NCBI GenBank assembly: GCA_963924565.1
Contig: OZ004607.1
Location: 25,110,001-25,174,000, forward strand
From: Ascidiella aspersa
Lineage: Eukaryota
Direction: 5' to 3'
DNA length: 64,000 nucleotides
The notes beneath the pieces were generated by a model. It worked only from the letters and a program-made list of their open reading frames with translations, ran no database searches and was not told where the DNA came from. Shown here piece by piece: positions 13,301 to 25,000 of the stretch. Made by a program: the position numbers and the translations under genes. Each line of letters opens with the position of its first letter. Position 1 is the first letter of the stretch.

Positions 13301-15193
13301 AATCCCAACAGATAAAGATAGTCGACGCGTTAAAAAAGTCATATTGGACGCTGGCCAAGATGCTAAGAACAGAGGTACAAGTGCACTGTTTTCGTCGTGC
13401 TATAAGTTTTGTCTTTTTATTTGAAAAAAATTAGGCCTCGATGATTATCACCGAGCAGTTTAACGTCCAAGTATAGATTGTATTTTTCACAAAGTTGCTG
13501 TGTTTGTTTTAAATCTCTAAAAATCTTTAGATAGAAATATACCAGTAAGGTCGTCAAAATAGCATGAGTGACAAAACTTATTATAAATTGGTCATATTGC
13601 AATTTAGAACTTGTTGCCTGACGAAGATCTTCTTTTCTTTCTTACACATACCGAAGTCGGAAAAATGGTGAAATCCGCCATTCCTTTGCCCAAGCTCGTA
13701 GCAAGGTAAAATCATCACTAATAGTGCGGAGTTACGAAATACACAATAGCTATATATTTGAATCATTTAATTTGCTACCTGTTTGCTGAACTGTCTGGTT
13801 GGTAATGAGTAATGACTCAACTACTTTATCTTTATTTGACCACCAGGTCGATCAAACGGCGTCACATCCATTCACGTCAGAAGAACCTTACTCTTTCGCC
13901 CACGTGCGACCGAATACCGCAAGAACCAATCACTGAGTTCTCTACCAACGCTAACGAGAGCATAGCGTTTAACACTGTGCTGCAAGGTGTCGCTGTGAGC
14001 GGCGCCAAAGTGCGGGCCCCGGTTCGCATTGTGTCCGACCTCTCCGAGGCATTTTTAATTGAGGTGATTTCTATTATATTAACCGCTACCGCTGAAGGCC
14101 CTATGAGGTCACTGGCTGTATAACATGAGACCCTTTTGCAAATAGGTTATGGTTGACTGTAGTGCCTCATTAACTTAATTAAGTAAAAAGCAAAGCTTTT
14201 CCAACAAAGATTTTCCGACATTTAAGCAGCTTGACAGGCGGTAAAAATGAAATTAATTTTTATCAGTTTATTCATTAAATATTGTGTTTTTATAACACAA
14301 ATTGTCATATTTGATGAGTGACCCTTTATTTACGGCTTTACGTTTAACACAAAAACGACATACTGATATTATTAAACTCATATTATATAAGGTCAATTTG
14401 TATCAACACTTTTGTTCCTAATGATAAAGAAAGTGTTATACACGATTTGGTTATTATTTCTAATTTCATTTTTATTCTTATTAATGTAGCGTGTAAAAAC
14501 AGTTTATCAAAAACTGTTTTGCTAAACAATTAACTCTTTCCATACTTACCTTATTTTAACTTCTCTGATAGGCAGGAGAAATCCTTATAACCGAAAAACC
14601 AGATATCGGTTGGAGCGTGTACTACCCTCTAGTGGTCGGTTTGGTGACGGAATGCGGCCGCATGTTGTCCCAAGGAGCACTTGCCGCGGGCAGATACGGC
14701 CTCCCCTGCGTCGTTGGCATCAGTAACGCAACAAAATGCTTCAAAACAGGTTCCTCTAATTTTAAAGTTATCAAAATTGATACGTTATTTTACGAAACCT
14801 GTAATCTCAGTTAAGGAAAGCCATTTTAAGATGTTAAAAAAAAACTATACATCCACATTACAACATGCCCAACTTTTCAATTTTTGCCTTTTTTAAGATT
14901 GATATTACTAGTTAACGCGTAAAACTGTGTTACAAAATCGAAATTTGATTGAAATTTAGCAATGATGACGAATCAATATAGGCTATGCTTAAATCTATTT
15001 TTATAGTTTCCACTTTTGCCTAGGATAATGTTTCTTTATTTTATGGTGTGTCAAACTGTGGTTGTTTTTGTTTAAAGTAATAATATATTTTTACCGTGCA
15101 GGCGATGTTGTAATTATGGATGGTACCAATGGAACCTTGCAACGGGCTGTTGGTGGATTGGCCGCCGGAGATACAACTTCTCTTCATGCGTGA
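1343..15193 (+). CDS. PigC/rifampin phosphotransferase/PEP-synthase-like protein (N-terminal beta-barrel-like domain, ATP-grasp, substrate-binding domain, swivel His domain); catalytic residues degenerate; 5' end unresolved
   Basis: 28 phase-compatible GT-AG exons: 1343-1479, 2106-2180, 2412-2525, 2777-3013, 3575-3702, 4846-4993, 5778-5973, 6462-6518, 6611-6660, 6733-6771, 6901-7099, 7178-7242, 7463-7613, 7800-7914, 8247-8407, 8778-8899, 9101-9173, 9257-9340, 9465-9611, 10174-10396, 10889-11040, 11832-11990, 12886-12983, 13239-13374, 13608-13705, 13847-14063, 14572-14749, 15102-15193 (TGA). They sum to 3651 nt, or 1216 aa plus stop. Recognisable motifs: DGFCVSAHAF, ILKCWA, SGVITTCDPNSGDP, LHEFD, VLPEISTPL, HGHRCLAELEL, LPDEDLLFFLT, GEILIT..DIGW..YYP...GLVTE.G..LSQGALAAGRYGLPCVVG, GDVVIMDGTNG. 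Confidence 0.88.
4466..4647 (+). mobile_element. 182-bp hammerhead-bearing retro-insertion (retrozyme or Penelope pseudo-LTR-like)
   Basis: Flanked by the exact 14-bp direct repeat TATCCGCGATAAAA (4452-4465 and 4648-4661). It lies inside a MITE, is non-coding and contains a hammerhead core. Confidence 0.72.
4540..4579 (+). ncRNA. Minimal type I hammerhead ribozyme motif
   Basis: CUGACGA (4542-4548), A, 7-bp stem II GGCUUGC/GUAAGCC (4550-4556 / 4563-4569, loop CGGAUA), GAAA (4570-4573), a palindromic ACGU mini-stem III, predicted cleavage after U4577, and a 2-bp CC/GG stem I. This is the layout of Penelope-associated minimal hammerheads. Confidence 0.7.
5986..6375. repeat. Degenerate CAAGTC-rich MITE-like repeat
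   Basis: Starts CAGTGTTGTAAACAAGTC and has numerous CAAGTC/GACTT units. A related remnant lies at about 17047-17370. Confidence 0.45.
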
Positions 15194-15229
15194 AAAATTT
15201 AAATTGTTGTATACTCGTTTTGTTTTAAT

Positions 15230-15282
15230 AATAAATTTTATCGCGCCCATTTATTCTGTTCGTTGATTTGCTTCACAATAAA
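15230..15282 (+). terminator. Candidate polyadenylation signals of the PigC-like gene
   Basis: AATAAA at 15230-15235 and 15277-15282, just after the stop at 15193. Confidence 0.5.
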
Positions 15283-16031
15283 AAGTGACACCTTGCCTCA
15301 GTGCAGCACGCACAGTAGTGAATGATTAACACAAATGTTGTAGAAACATATTTCCTGGCACACATATAAATTATGACGTCACGTTAAAAAGTTTGTGCCG
15401 TTATCTCTGAAACTTTTTATGACCCTCAACGAACACCTTTAACCGCCTTTCCAGCTAGTGTCGATATTAGCTATGTTGTTTCGATACTTAATCATTTTTA
15501 AGGTTAAAAGTCTGGGCATTAAGGTTGCAACGAAAAAAGTAGAAAAAGTGTGTTTATATCAAGCTCGTACCGTAGAAAAATACAAGCCCAGGTTTTTTGA
15601 GTGTTTACAAGCGTCACGCGTTCGGGAGAAATGCGAAGAAACGACATTGATTGCGACGGGAACAATAGTAAGTGGAGTTGACGAGTGCACTCATGTCATG
15701 GTTTTCTTTTCGCTCCGGCCGTTAACTGTCACTAAACTAAGATGCGATGTAGGGGGCTTGAGAAAGAGTTGAACCACTTGTGGGTGTCCTTCCATCGAAA
15801 AACAGCTTTTAAAGCCTTGCTTACTCAGATTCTTGTTGAAGATATATATTGACTATTGGTAGCACACCTGCCAAGCCTATACGTTAATTTTTAGTTACGT
15901 TGTTTTGTTTAGTGTGTAAACATATGTTTAGAAGAAAGGGAAATTCATCAAACCTTGTTTTATTTTAAGAAGATTATTTTTTAGTTGGAGCAGTGTAGAA
16001 GATATAGTTTTTTGCTTGTCTGATATCAAAC

Positions 16032-19000
16032 ATGATCACCTTCCTAGTTGCGTGGATGGTTTGCATCATCATAGGTGGACCTTATACCTCAACGGTAAGT
16101 GTTTAGATTTTATTGATCTTGGCAATGAACGGGAGTATAAACCACTATGTTTCGTGACATAAACTGTTACCATTTCCTAAAGAGCAGGCTTTTGTGCCGC
16201 TACAAGTTCCCTGTATAACATTCAAATGAAATGGGTTTAAACAGTATAAACCTGAGATGATAACCCATTTTTTAAAGTATATAATTAATCGTTACGTGAC
16301 CACATTTGTTACATTTAAGATATGGCCAACTTCTAACAAAATTCTTGGTTTGCAACTTGATTAAATTTAATTGCAGATTTTTAGATATTTTTTACAAATT
16401 ATTATAATTAACTCTTTTAACCTACTTTCAACCCTATTCACTTCCAAAGCTCGCGTGTTTTCAAAACCAATCCGAAACTATACCAATAGAGTTTTTTTTT
16501 CAACACTTACTTACGGGGCCTAACATTTAATTATAATTTAGCGATGTTTACCAGTAGCCTATTTAGTTATGTTGTGTGTTTTTTTAATATATAGGCCTTA
16601 TACGTACTGTAGTAGGGTTGTAGTTGTAGTATGAGCAACAATGAATATTTTAATTGGTTTTACCCAGAATGCCATAGTACTGCCAGTTAAACATAATGAG
16701 AAGTTTGAAGCCAATGTTACAAAAGTTACTACCAGTTCTGTAACTTTGGAGTGGTCTGGTGCAAACAGGGTCCGGATTTCTAATGGTAAAGTGGAGCAAT
16801 CGGTAAGAAAATAGTATTGTTTTTGAAGGGATATGCCTTAACTGCTGTGAAATAATAATGTATATTTTTCACAATTTAGTTTGATTCTCCTGAAAACAAT
16901 ACTCGCTTTGAAGATTTGGCCAATGGCGTCTCTTATACATTCGTTGTCGTTAATTTGGAAACAATGGAACAAAACATCCTAAACGTCACCCTTGGTAAGA
17001 AGAGTTCGGCGACAAAAAGTCTTTCACTTTTACCTAGTGATATAAACCAGTCATTTTATGTCCCTGGCAAATCGTTTTTTTTTAAATAGTCCCAGTCCTT
17101 GCATAACAAATAATAACAAAGTTGAAATTACTAATTTTATTTCTTTCCTATGAATATTTTGCTAAGCAAATCCACCAACCAGCGTAAAGCGGTGAAACTG
17201 TTTAATAAGAAATAATCACTAGTCAAAAAGTTAGGTGGTAATACAATTGTCAAATATCTGCTTAAATGTTATTAAGGTAATTCGTTTATACATAAAGACT
17301 TAAGTCGAGAACATTTTTTAAAGCAGTGACTTTGGTGAACTTAAGTCAAGTCAGTTTATTTAGAAAAGTCATTAATGTACCGCTATTACCTCTTTATAAT
17401 AGTCTTTACTTATTTGTTTCCTTCAGCAAGCTGCCCTCAAGGATGGCTGGGTCAGGAGAGCTCTTGCTTTAGCGCATCAAACAGTGACCAACAAAATTGG
17501 CGAAGTGCTGTCGAAAAATGTGGCAATACACCTAGAGCCTACTTAGCCCATCCTAAGTCATCAAAAGAAAACTACTTTCTGACCAGAGTAGTACCTTCCA
17601 GCAATGTAATGTATTGGATTGGGGTCAATGAAACGGTGAGCAGTGAAGTGGGATTGATTTTATTTGAACTTCTGAACGGAAAATTAATTGCCATCTGCAA
17701 GACGGCAACACAATAAGAGAAATAAACAAAACACAGACGTGCATAATTATATATGTCTATAGCAAGAAACGTGCCCATTCATTTTAAGGCAAACTTATTA
17801 GACATCATAATTGAATGTTTTTATACACCGCTTTTGATTTACAATTCACTAGATATTGCTATCAACTCTGTTGGAATTTATTTAAGACTGTTAACTGCGA
17901 CACATAAAATGCATTATGTGACAACTTATAAGTCTATGGTTTGGTAGTGCCTCACATCAATGTGTATTTTATCTTATATGGTTGCTATAATATGTGTATT
18001 TGTTTCCAGAATGGACAGAATTTAACCTATAGTGATGGTACCCCTGTACTATGGACAAGCCTTCAGCAGGCCGTGCCAGAAGGTGCGGAAAGCATCTGTG
18101 TAGCGTTCATTTCCTACAAATTGTCAAACGCAAACAATTTCACAACTGATTGGAATCCGATGGACTGTGTTTATAACAGAAATTACATTTGCCAATACCA
18201 AGGTATGATAGTGCTCAAACGCTGATATATGTTTAAGAAAGGTTAATTAGTTTAAGTTAAAAATCACGTGAATAAACAATTACCAAAATATGAAGTAGCC
18301 TAAGCGAAGGACAATCTTACAAATTAATTACATTTAGGGCTGTTACACTTTGTTTGAAAATGTTAGCTTTTTAAACTGTACTTTTTAAACTGAACTGTTT
18401 TGCATCAAACCAAATAAACTAATTTTAAAGGTCCTATATACGTTTTAAGTTAATTTTCGTCTTTTTGTAGTGTCTGATTCACCAAAAAAGTTCAAGGTGG
18501 AAGCGGATAGTACGCGTTTACGTGTTTCGTGGGACATTCCGCCTTATATACCTATTTCGATGTCGGATGATGTTGTTTTAAACTTAACAACAGGTTAGTC
18601 TGCGGTTTATTAACGGAAACTTTGTTAGTAGCAGGAGTGTTGTGTAATACCCTTCTATATCGACAAATTTGCAACGGTAGCCCAAAATCTATTGCTGTTC
18701 ACTATAAAGTTAAATAGTTCAAGTCGATAATTTGGGATGCGATGTATAACTTTTTATTCCATTGTTTAGGTGATGGCGAGGATGTAAGCAGCCGACGGAG
18801 TACTTTGACACGACAATATAGTTGGTTATATGGCGTTAAACCTGGACGACTGTACTACCTGAATGGTGTTGCAGTCCACCGCCTAACTTCAAACGAAGAA
18901 GTCTTTAGTGGGAAATATCCCGCCACAGCCTTTGTCACAAGTAAGCTTCGTTATTTGGATACATCGTTTATTAATTATTTTGTAGGGATACCTCCTTAAA

Positions 19001-22000
19001 GACAAATCTTGAAGCGACATACATTTTTTCAGAACCGGAATCGCCGAGGAACTTTAACACCATTATGGAAGGACCGACATTTGTGGAGCTAGAGTGGGAC
19101 CTGCCCAGCGAAAGATCGCAATACAGCACGTGCGTATTCTTTTAATTAAGTTACAAATATATAACCTCAAATACTTTCTGTGAAAATGTTAATGCGTAAG
19201 AGAGAAAAATGATTTTATACGAGAAAATGTAAACACCTACGGATTCATGGCTCAACAAAACCCATCAGTTGAGCTAGAAAAATAAGTATATGCTGAAAGT
19301 ATTAAAAATCCTTGGCAAAAGAAAAAAATCGCTGTCTAATCTTGTATTTATAAGGGAGAACCACACATGTATAAGCGTTAACCTAGATGATTTGACAAAA
19401 TACAATATCATTTCAAGGTTCAAGTTGAACTACAAAGTGGTGGAATCGCAATTAAACGAAACTCAGTTGGTTGCATCGGACGACGGGGAATTTGTTTACG
19501 AGGGGGAAATCGTGCTGGACAACAAGACTAACACCGGCAAAATTACTGGGCTAGAACCTTATACCCAGTACCAGATTGATATTGTGGCGGTCAGCAGCAA
19601 AGAAACGGCGAACGGCAACGTTTTTGCTGAGAGTCACGTTACAGCAATGGACTTTAGGACCCGTGAGTAGTTGCGTAACTTAAATGCGTTTTGTGCAGCA
19701 AATGCAAGTTTAAACGACCTTTGTAAAACTTTCCAATTATTATATCACATTGCAGTGGTCGCACCTCCTCGGAATTTTCGCGTCACGGATTTGACTGAAA
19801 CCAGTTTCAACTTGGTTTGGACCCCTGCTCTTGGAAAAGTACACGGATATCACATCACAATCAGACCTATATCGGCCGATGAGTAGTAAGAAACATATCA
19901 GAAATTTCATCTCTGAATTGAGGCTGGACTTACTTAATATTAGATGCGAAGCGGTGTCTACATAAAGCTACACAATAACACACACGTTTTAAAACCCAGT
20001 AAAAAGAGAAAATATTTTTTAATTTTACCTCTGTTGCAAAATTGGACAACTGTCTGTAACATTACTATTTTCCAGCTCCCACAGTCTGACCACGAACGAA
20101 ACGTCTTTCCTGGTTGAAGGACTCAAACCAGGTTGGAGTTACAAAGCGGAGATTGAATCTGTTAGGCACATAGAAATGAGCCAGTCGGTCATCCTGTATC
20201 AAACCACACGTAAGTACCTTTTAAAGTCGACAAACGTGCAGTTATTTCGACATTTTGCTGTCTCCATAAAAGCGTTGTGTTTGACGGAAAACTAGGCCTT
20301 CCTGTCTTGTCCTTTGAGGCAATGTTTGTAAGTCTAATAAAATGTGTATCCAATCGAGCATTTAAAGTTAAACTGGTTTAGCAATAATAGAAAATATATA
20401 TGTTAAAGATTTTATTAACAACAACCTAAAATAGCCGAAGATAATCCTTAGTATTACCCATAATATCAACCTCTAAAACTATGAAAACAGACAACCCTCG
20501 AAGAACGTAGGTAATATTATCCAAACCAGGTCTTAGTGGTAACACACGACGCCAAAACAAGCCTTAATTCCGCATGGGTTGCATCTATTTTAGTTTTGTT
20601 AGCTGGAAATCGCACTCCAAAAGACTTTCCCTCTAGATGGGCAAATGCCGATTCGGCGCGTCACAGAAAGGCATGAGAGGCCTTTAGTAAGTTAAGGACC
20701 ACTCACGGTACTTTTGACAAGCAAGCACGGGGTGCGATCAAGAGGGTCGGCAACCCTACAAGTACTTTCTAATCGTTAAACCCACTTACAAAACCCCATA
20801 ATGTAAGACCAACTTTGAATGCCGCAATAATTGCCAAATCATGTTATCGCGTCTAGTGAATCTGCTGAAGGTTTTTTCGTATATATTGGACAAAAAAGGC
20901 AGTGGAAATTACAGTAAATCTTAAATACGTAACGCAAGACCCAAAGTTAAACGTTTTGCTGTACATCCACCTTTAAATAAACCCTCATCACTCTTTTAGT
21001 TAAAGTTTATAAACCGACGATTTTGTTTGCCAGGTCCGTATCCCGTTAACGTAAATCACGTCCATCCTGGAGAGGTTAGCAGTACATCGGTTGCGATAAC
21101 GATATACAATCCCAGTCAGCGGAATGGAGCCATTTTCGACGGATTTAATCTGACTTTCGATGCTACAGGTGATTTCGCCAAGATTTTAAATCGTTTATCT
21201 TTTATTTAAGTTTTGATATTTTTACGACAATGTAATGAATCCAAAACCAATGTAGGTCGTCTGGTTTCGGAAATAATTAACTCTTCGAACGAAGGTTTGT
21301 ACGAGGCTTGATAGTTTTCTATAGTGTTTGATACAACATGTTTTAAGTTGTCTTAGTACTTAAGTACAATCGGGGTTCGATGCACTTTTACTGCAGATTT
21401 ACTTTCGTTTTCCTTTCACACTTTATCTTATAATATAGCTAAAAAAATGACGGCTCATAATATAAATTGCAGACCCGCCAGTGGAAGTGAAATACTGGCG
21501 CATCCCTCACAACGGAAGTTCAATATCAGCCAGTGACACTGTAGAAGACCTAACCCCAGGACGCGTCTACCACCTCACAGTGTACACAACAAGTGGCGAA
21601 GTTGCCAGCGTTCCTGTATACCCGAAGAGCATCATCAAGACCGGTGAGTGATTTACGCCGTGCCTTTTGTTTAAACCAGGGATGTCCAACCTGCGGCCCG
21701 CCTGATGTTTACGTGCGGCCCACCACTTATTCTCACTTTCCAATAGCCTTTATTTAAAGCAATTGTTTCTAATTTCGACCATCATCAAACCGTGTAGAAT
21801 GGAACACTTGTGTACCCAATATTGTTGTTGTGTGTTTTTGCGGACCGTTTTAAGGAAATATGTACTAATAATAAACCTACACCTAAAATCCATAATCAAA
21901 CTTTCGAAAAGGTGTCGTATACAATGGCATGATACGGCATTTAACTCAATTTAAGTTCGAGATGCGGATGTTTTATAAGTTAGGCTAAGTTGTTTTGTTA

Positions 22001-25000
22001 CGTCACGATATGACGTAACTTATGACGTCACCACATTATTTAGTAGGATTTGTGGCCCATCGAAATTTTTAAAGTGGCAATGCGGCCCTTTTAGCTAAAA
22101 GGTTGGTCATCCCTGGTTTAAACACTCGTTGCTTAGCTACCCTCATTGTTTTGACCATTACGCGATCTTCTGGCTGCCCTTGAGTCTTAAGTGGCTGTTT
22201 TAAATGTCTTAATTTAACTTGCATTTCAGTCACATGTTTTCAAATGATTTCTCCAAGTAATCGAGAACAATATTTAACAAGTTGAAACTACGCTTAAAAA
22301 AGTGATTTTTTTTTAGGTTGACAGACAAAATTGTTTTTCATTTGTGTAGATTGTGTTTCACTTTTGCATAGATTCTGTTTTTTTTGTTTTTTTTGGTTTA
22401 TATTAACAATTTATTTATTATATTGATTGATTTAAGCAAATATATAGGGCTTACTCTATAATTGTGTCAAAATTTAACTTGGTTGACTAACGACTTGTTA
22501 TCACGAAAATGTAAATATATATTTTTACTGGAAGGGAACACGCAATATAAGAACTATAAAGCAACAATATCTAAAGCAACTGTTTAGTACTGTTTTAGGT
22601 TAGGGGTGAAAAATGGGTGGGTTAGAGTTTGTGTAGGGAGTTAGTGATGAAATTAAAAGGGGGTGGTTGTGGTTGGGTAAAATATTTTAAAACCTTATTC
22701 TGGCTGTTTTGGTCCTATTCCGATTTAGACCTTATTCCGAATATTAGGTATTAGTCCTGACATTTTTAGGTCTTATTTCGAACTGTGTTTTATTCCTATG
22801 TTGATCTTATTTCAATTTCGGTTCTATTTTTCAATATTAGTTTTATTGAGTGAAGAAATTTATCAAAAATTTTATGCAGTACTGACATTTATAATCAAAC
22901 TTTGCAGATTTGGATTCGCCTTCTGGCTTTCGCCTCAGCGAACGCAGCGAAACTCACATAACTCTTATTTGGGATCCAGCCAAGGGAGGTGTCGACCACT
23001 ACGTTATCCTTTGTGGTGAATGTGAAGTAGCCCATAACGAAGTGGATCCGGGGACGCATATGTTCCGATTCGATGATTTGGTGCCTGGAAAGCAGTACAA
23101 CTTCGCTTTGAGAGTGGAACACCACAAGACAAAAAGCAACGAGAGTCCCCTTGATGTCAGAACAAGTCAGTAAACCTTTTAACCTTAAATCACACGCCGT
23201 AAAACGGGATTGATATAAAATACTATTCTCGGTCGACGATTAAACTCCAATAACCACCTTAGTGCAAGTACATTTAAGCATAGTTGTTAGGTTGGAAAAT
23301 GTTTGATATAATGGCATTCATCACGATGTGTAAGCAAAAACATCACACTGATTTAAATTTGTCGTTTTTTTAGTTTTTTAAATTTATCGTTTTTTTTTAG
23401 GCAAAAATTAAAAGTCTAATCAATCCGTTGTACTAGATTGTGTATGTTCATATTTGTACAAAAATGCGCTTTTGACAAATGGTTATAGTGCTATGATTTG
23501 TTGTTTGCCTTTTGATTGCAAGAATTTGCTTAAAACTATACTCACTAATGTGTGTTAATAGGAGTTTTGGAAAAGACCAAGAAATCTATGTATTTATGGC
23601 TAATACGAAGCATTTGTACACAATGCAAATGCGCATTGTTTTTAAATTTTAAGATTTTCCCATGGTACAGTGATAGTTCAATAACGTCTGGATTTGCAAA
23701 AAGCCGCGTGAAATCGAAAACGTACTAGGGTAGCTCCTGGTCTAAACGGCAAGCTGGAGACCGAACAAGGCACGTTTTGATACAGGTCTTTGATTTTGCA
23801 GAACCCAATCAGCCTGGTCAGCCCACTGTTATAGAACGAAACGAGACAGCAATGACAATGCAATGGGCGATACCGCAAGATGTGCTCAGCGATTTTCGTG
23901 TGCGCTACGAACCTTACATGGACGATGAGGTGATTTTCGTTTCGGAACCCCTCAGTGGTGACGTCATTATACCTGCGACAAGCACCGAAGACAGTAGTAT
24001 GCTGATAACCATTTCGCCGCTCACCCCTGGCCTGATTTATGACATAAACGTTACGACTCTAAGCAGTAATGTGGAAAGTCAAAGTGTGACGACAAGAAAC
24101 GGTACAGGTAAGTACATAACATATAAAATTCATTTAAATAATCTAAATTAAAATATTACAACAGTATATTTTTGATTTGCAATTTTAAAGTATTAAGTTA
24201 ATTTTGATTAATTTGCCAACACAAACAACTAATACAACTCCTTAAAACATAACTCTCAAAGTGTCTATGGTATTTGGTTTTGTTGTACTTTTTATTTTAG
24301 AAAAAACAATCGGTTAAACATCTTGCAAAAAACATCTTTGCAAAAAAACAAACAAGTAATGACTAAAAAAGGATGGTAATAAAACAGAGCAAACTCTATT
24401 GCGCCACATAACATTGAATTACGATTTGGTTTTGATTTGTTGCGAACGCACCAATAACAAACATTTTATTTTAGAACCCGCGCCTGTGCGTGAGCTTGAA
24501 ACCAAGGATGTTGGGGACACTTGGGCTGAGGTCAATTGGAAAGCAGGAGCTGGTGGTCGCATATATTACCTTGTAAGGAAAATCTTTTCTATAAGAAACC
24601 ACAAATAAAAACAACGTGTTATTTTGTGTATATTTTTAAAGGGACCGTAAGCTATTCAAAAAAATGCTAGGGGACGGTTGCGTACTTTTTTTTTAAGTTT
24701 AAGAACCACTGGTGTAAACAAAGATTTTCCACTTGATCATAAATTATTTTTTAATCCGTTTGAAAGACAATAGAATTCCAGAACTATATTTATAAGGATG
24801 TTACGAGAAACAGTATTACATATTTTTGAGGCCCATTTTTTCCATAAAGATTTAAACTATTTGTTTGTAGTGTTCTTTATATGATGAGCCGTCGGGATAC
24901 GCACTGGTCACTAAAAACGAGATTAAGAACAATTCTTTCAGAATAATGTCTCTTGCACCAGCAACTCTTTACTATTTCACTGTGTCCACTTTCTCGCAAA

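Noticed and set aside
13617-13640. Second CTGACGA hammerhead-like core
   Set aside because: It lies in a coding exon (LPDEDL), with no stem II or GAAA.
1343-15193. Bacterial contamination or recent horizontal transfer of a PEP-synthase gene
   Set aside because: At least 27 spliceosomal introns containing host MITEs, and the family is known in many invertebrates.
15194-16031. Operon (SL trans-spliced) linkage of the PigC-like and PTPRQ-like genes
   Set aside because: The 840-bp spacer has poly(A) signals and room for a promoter and 5' UTR, with no positive evidence for polycistronic transcription.
20460-20770. GC-richer intronic block, possibly a SINE
   Set aside because: No convincing A/B boxes, tail or TSD could be identified by eye.
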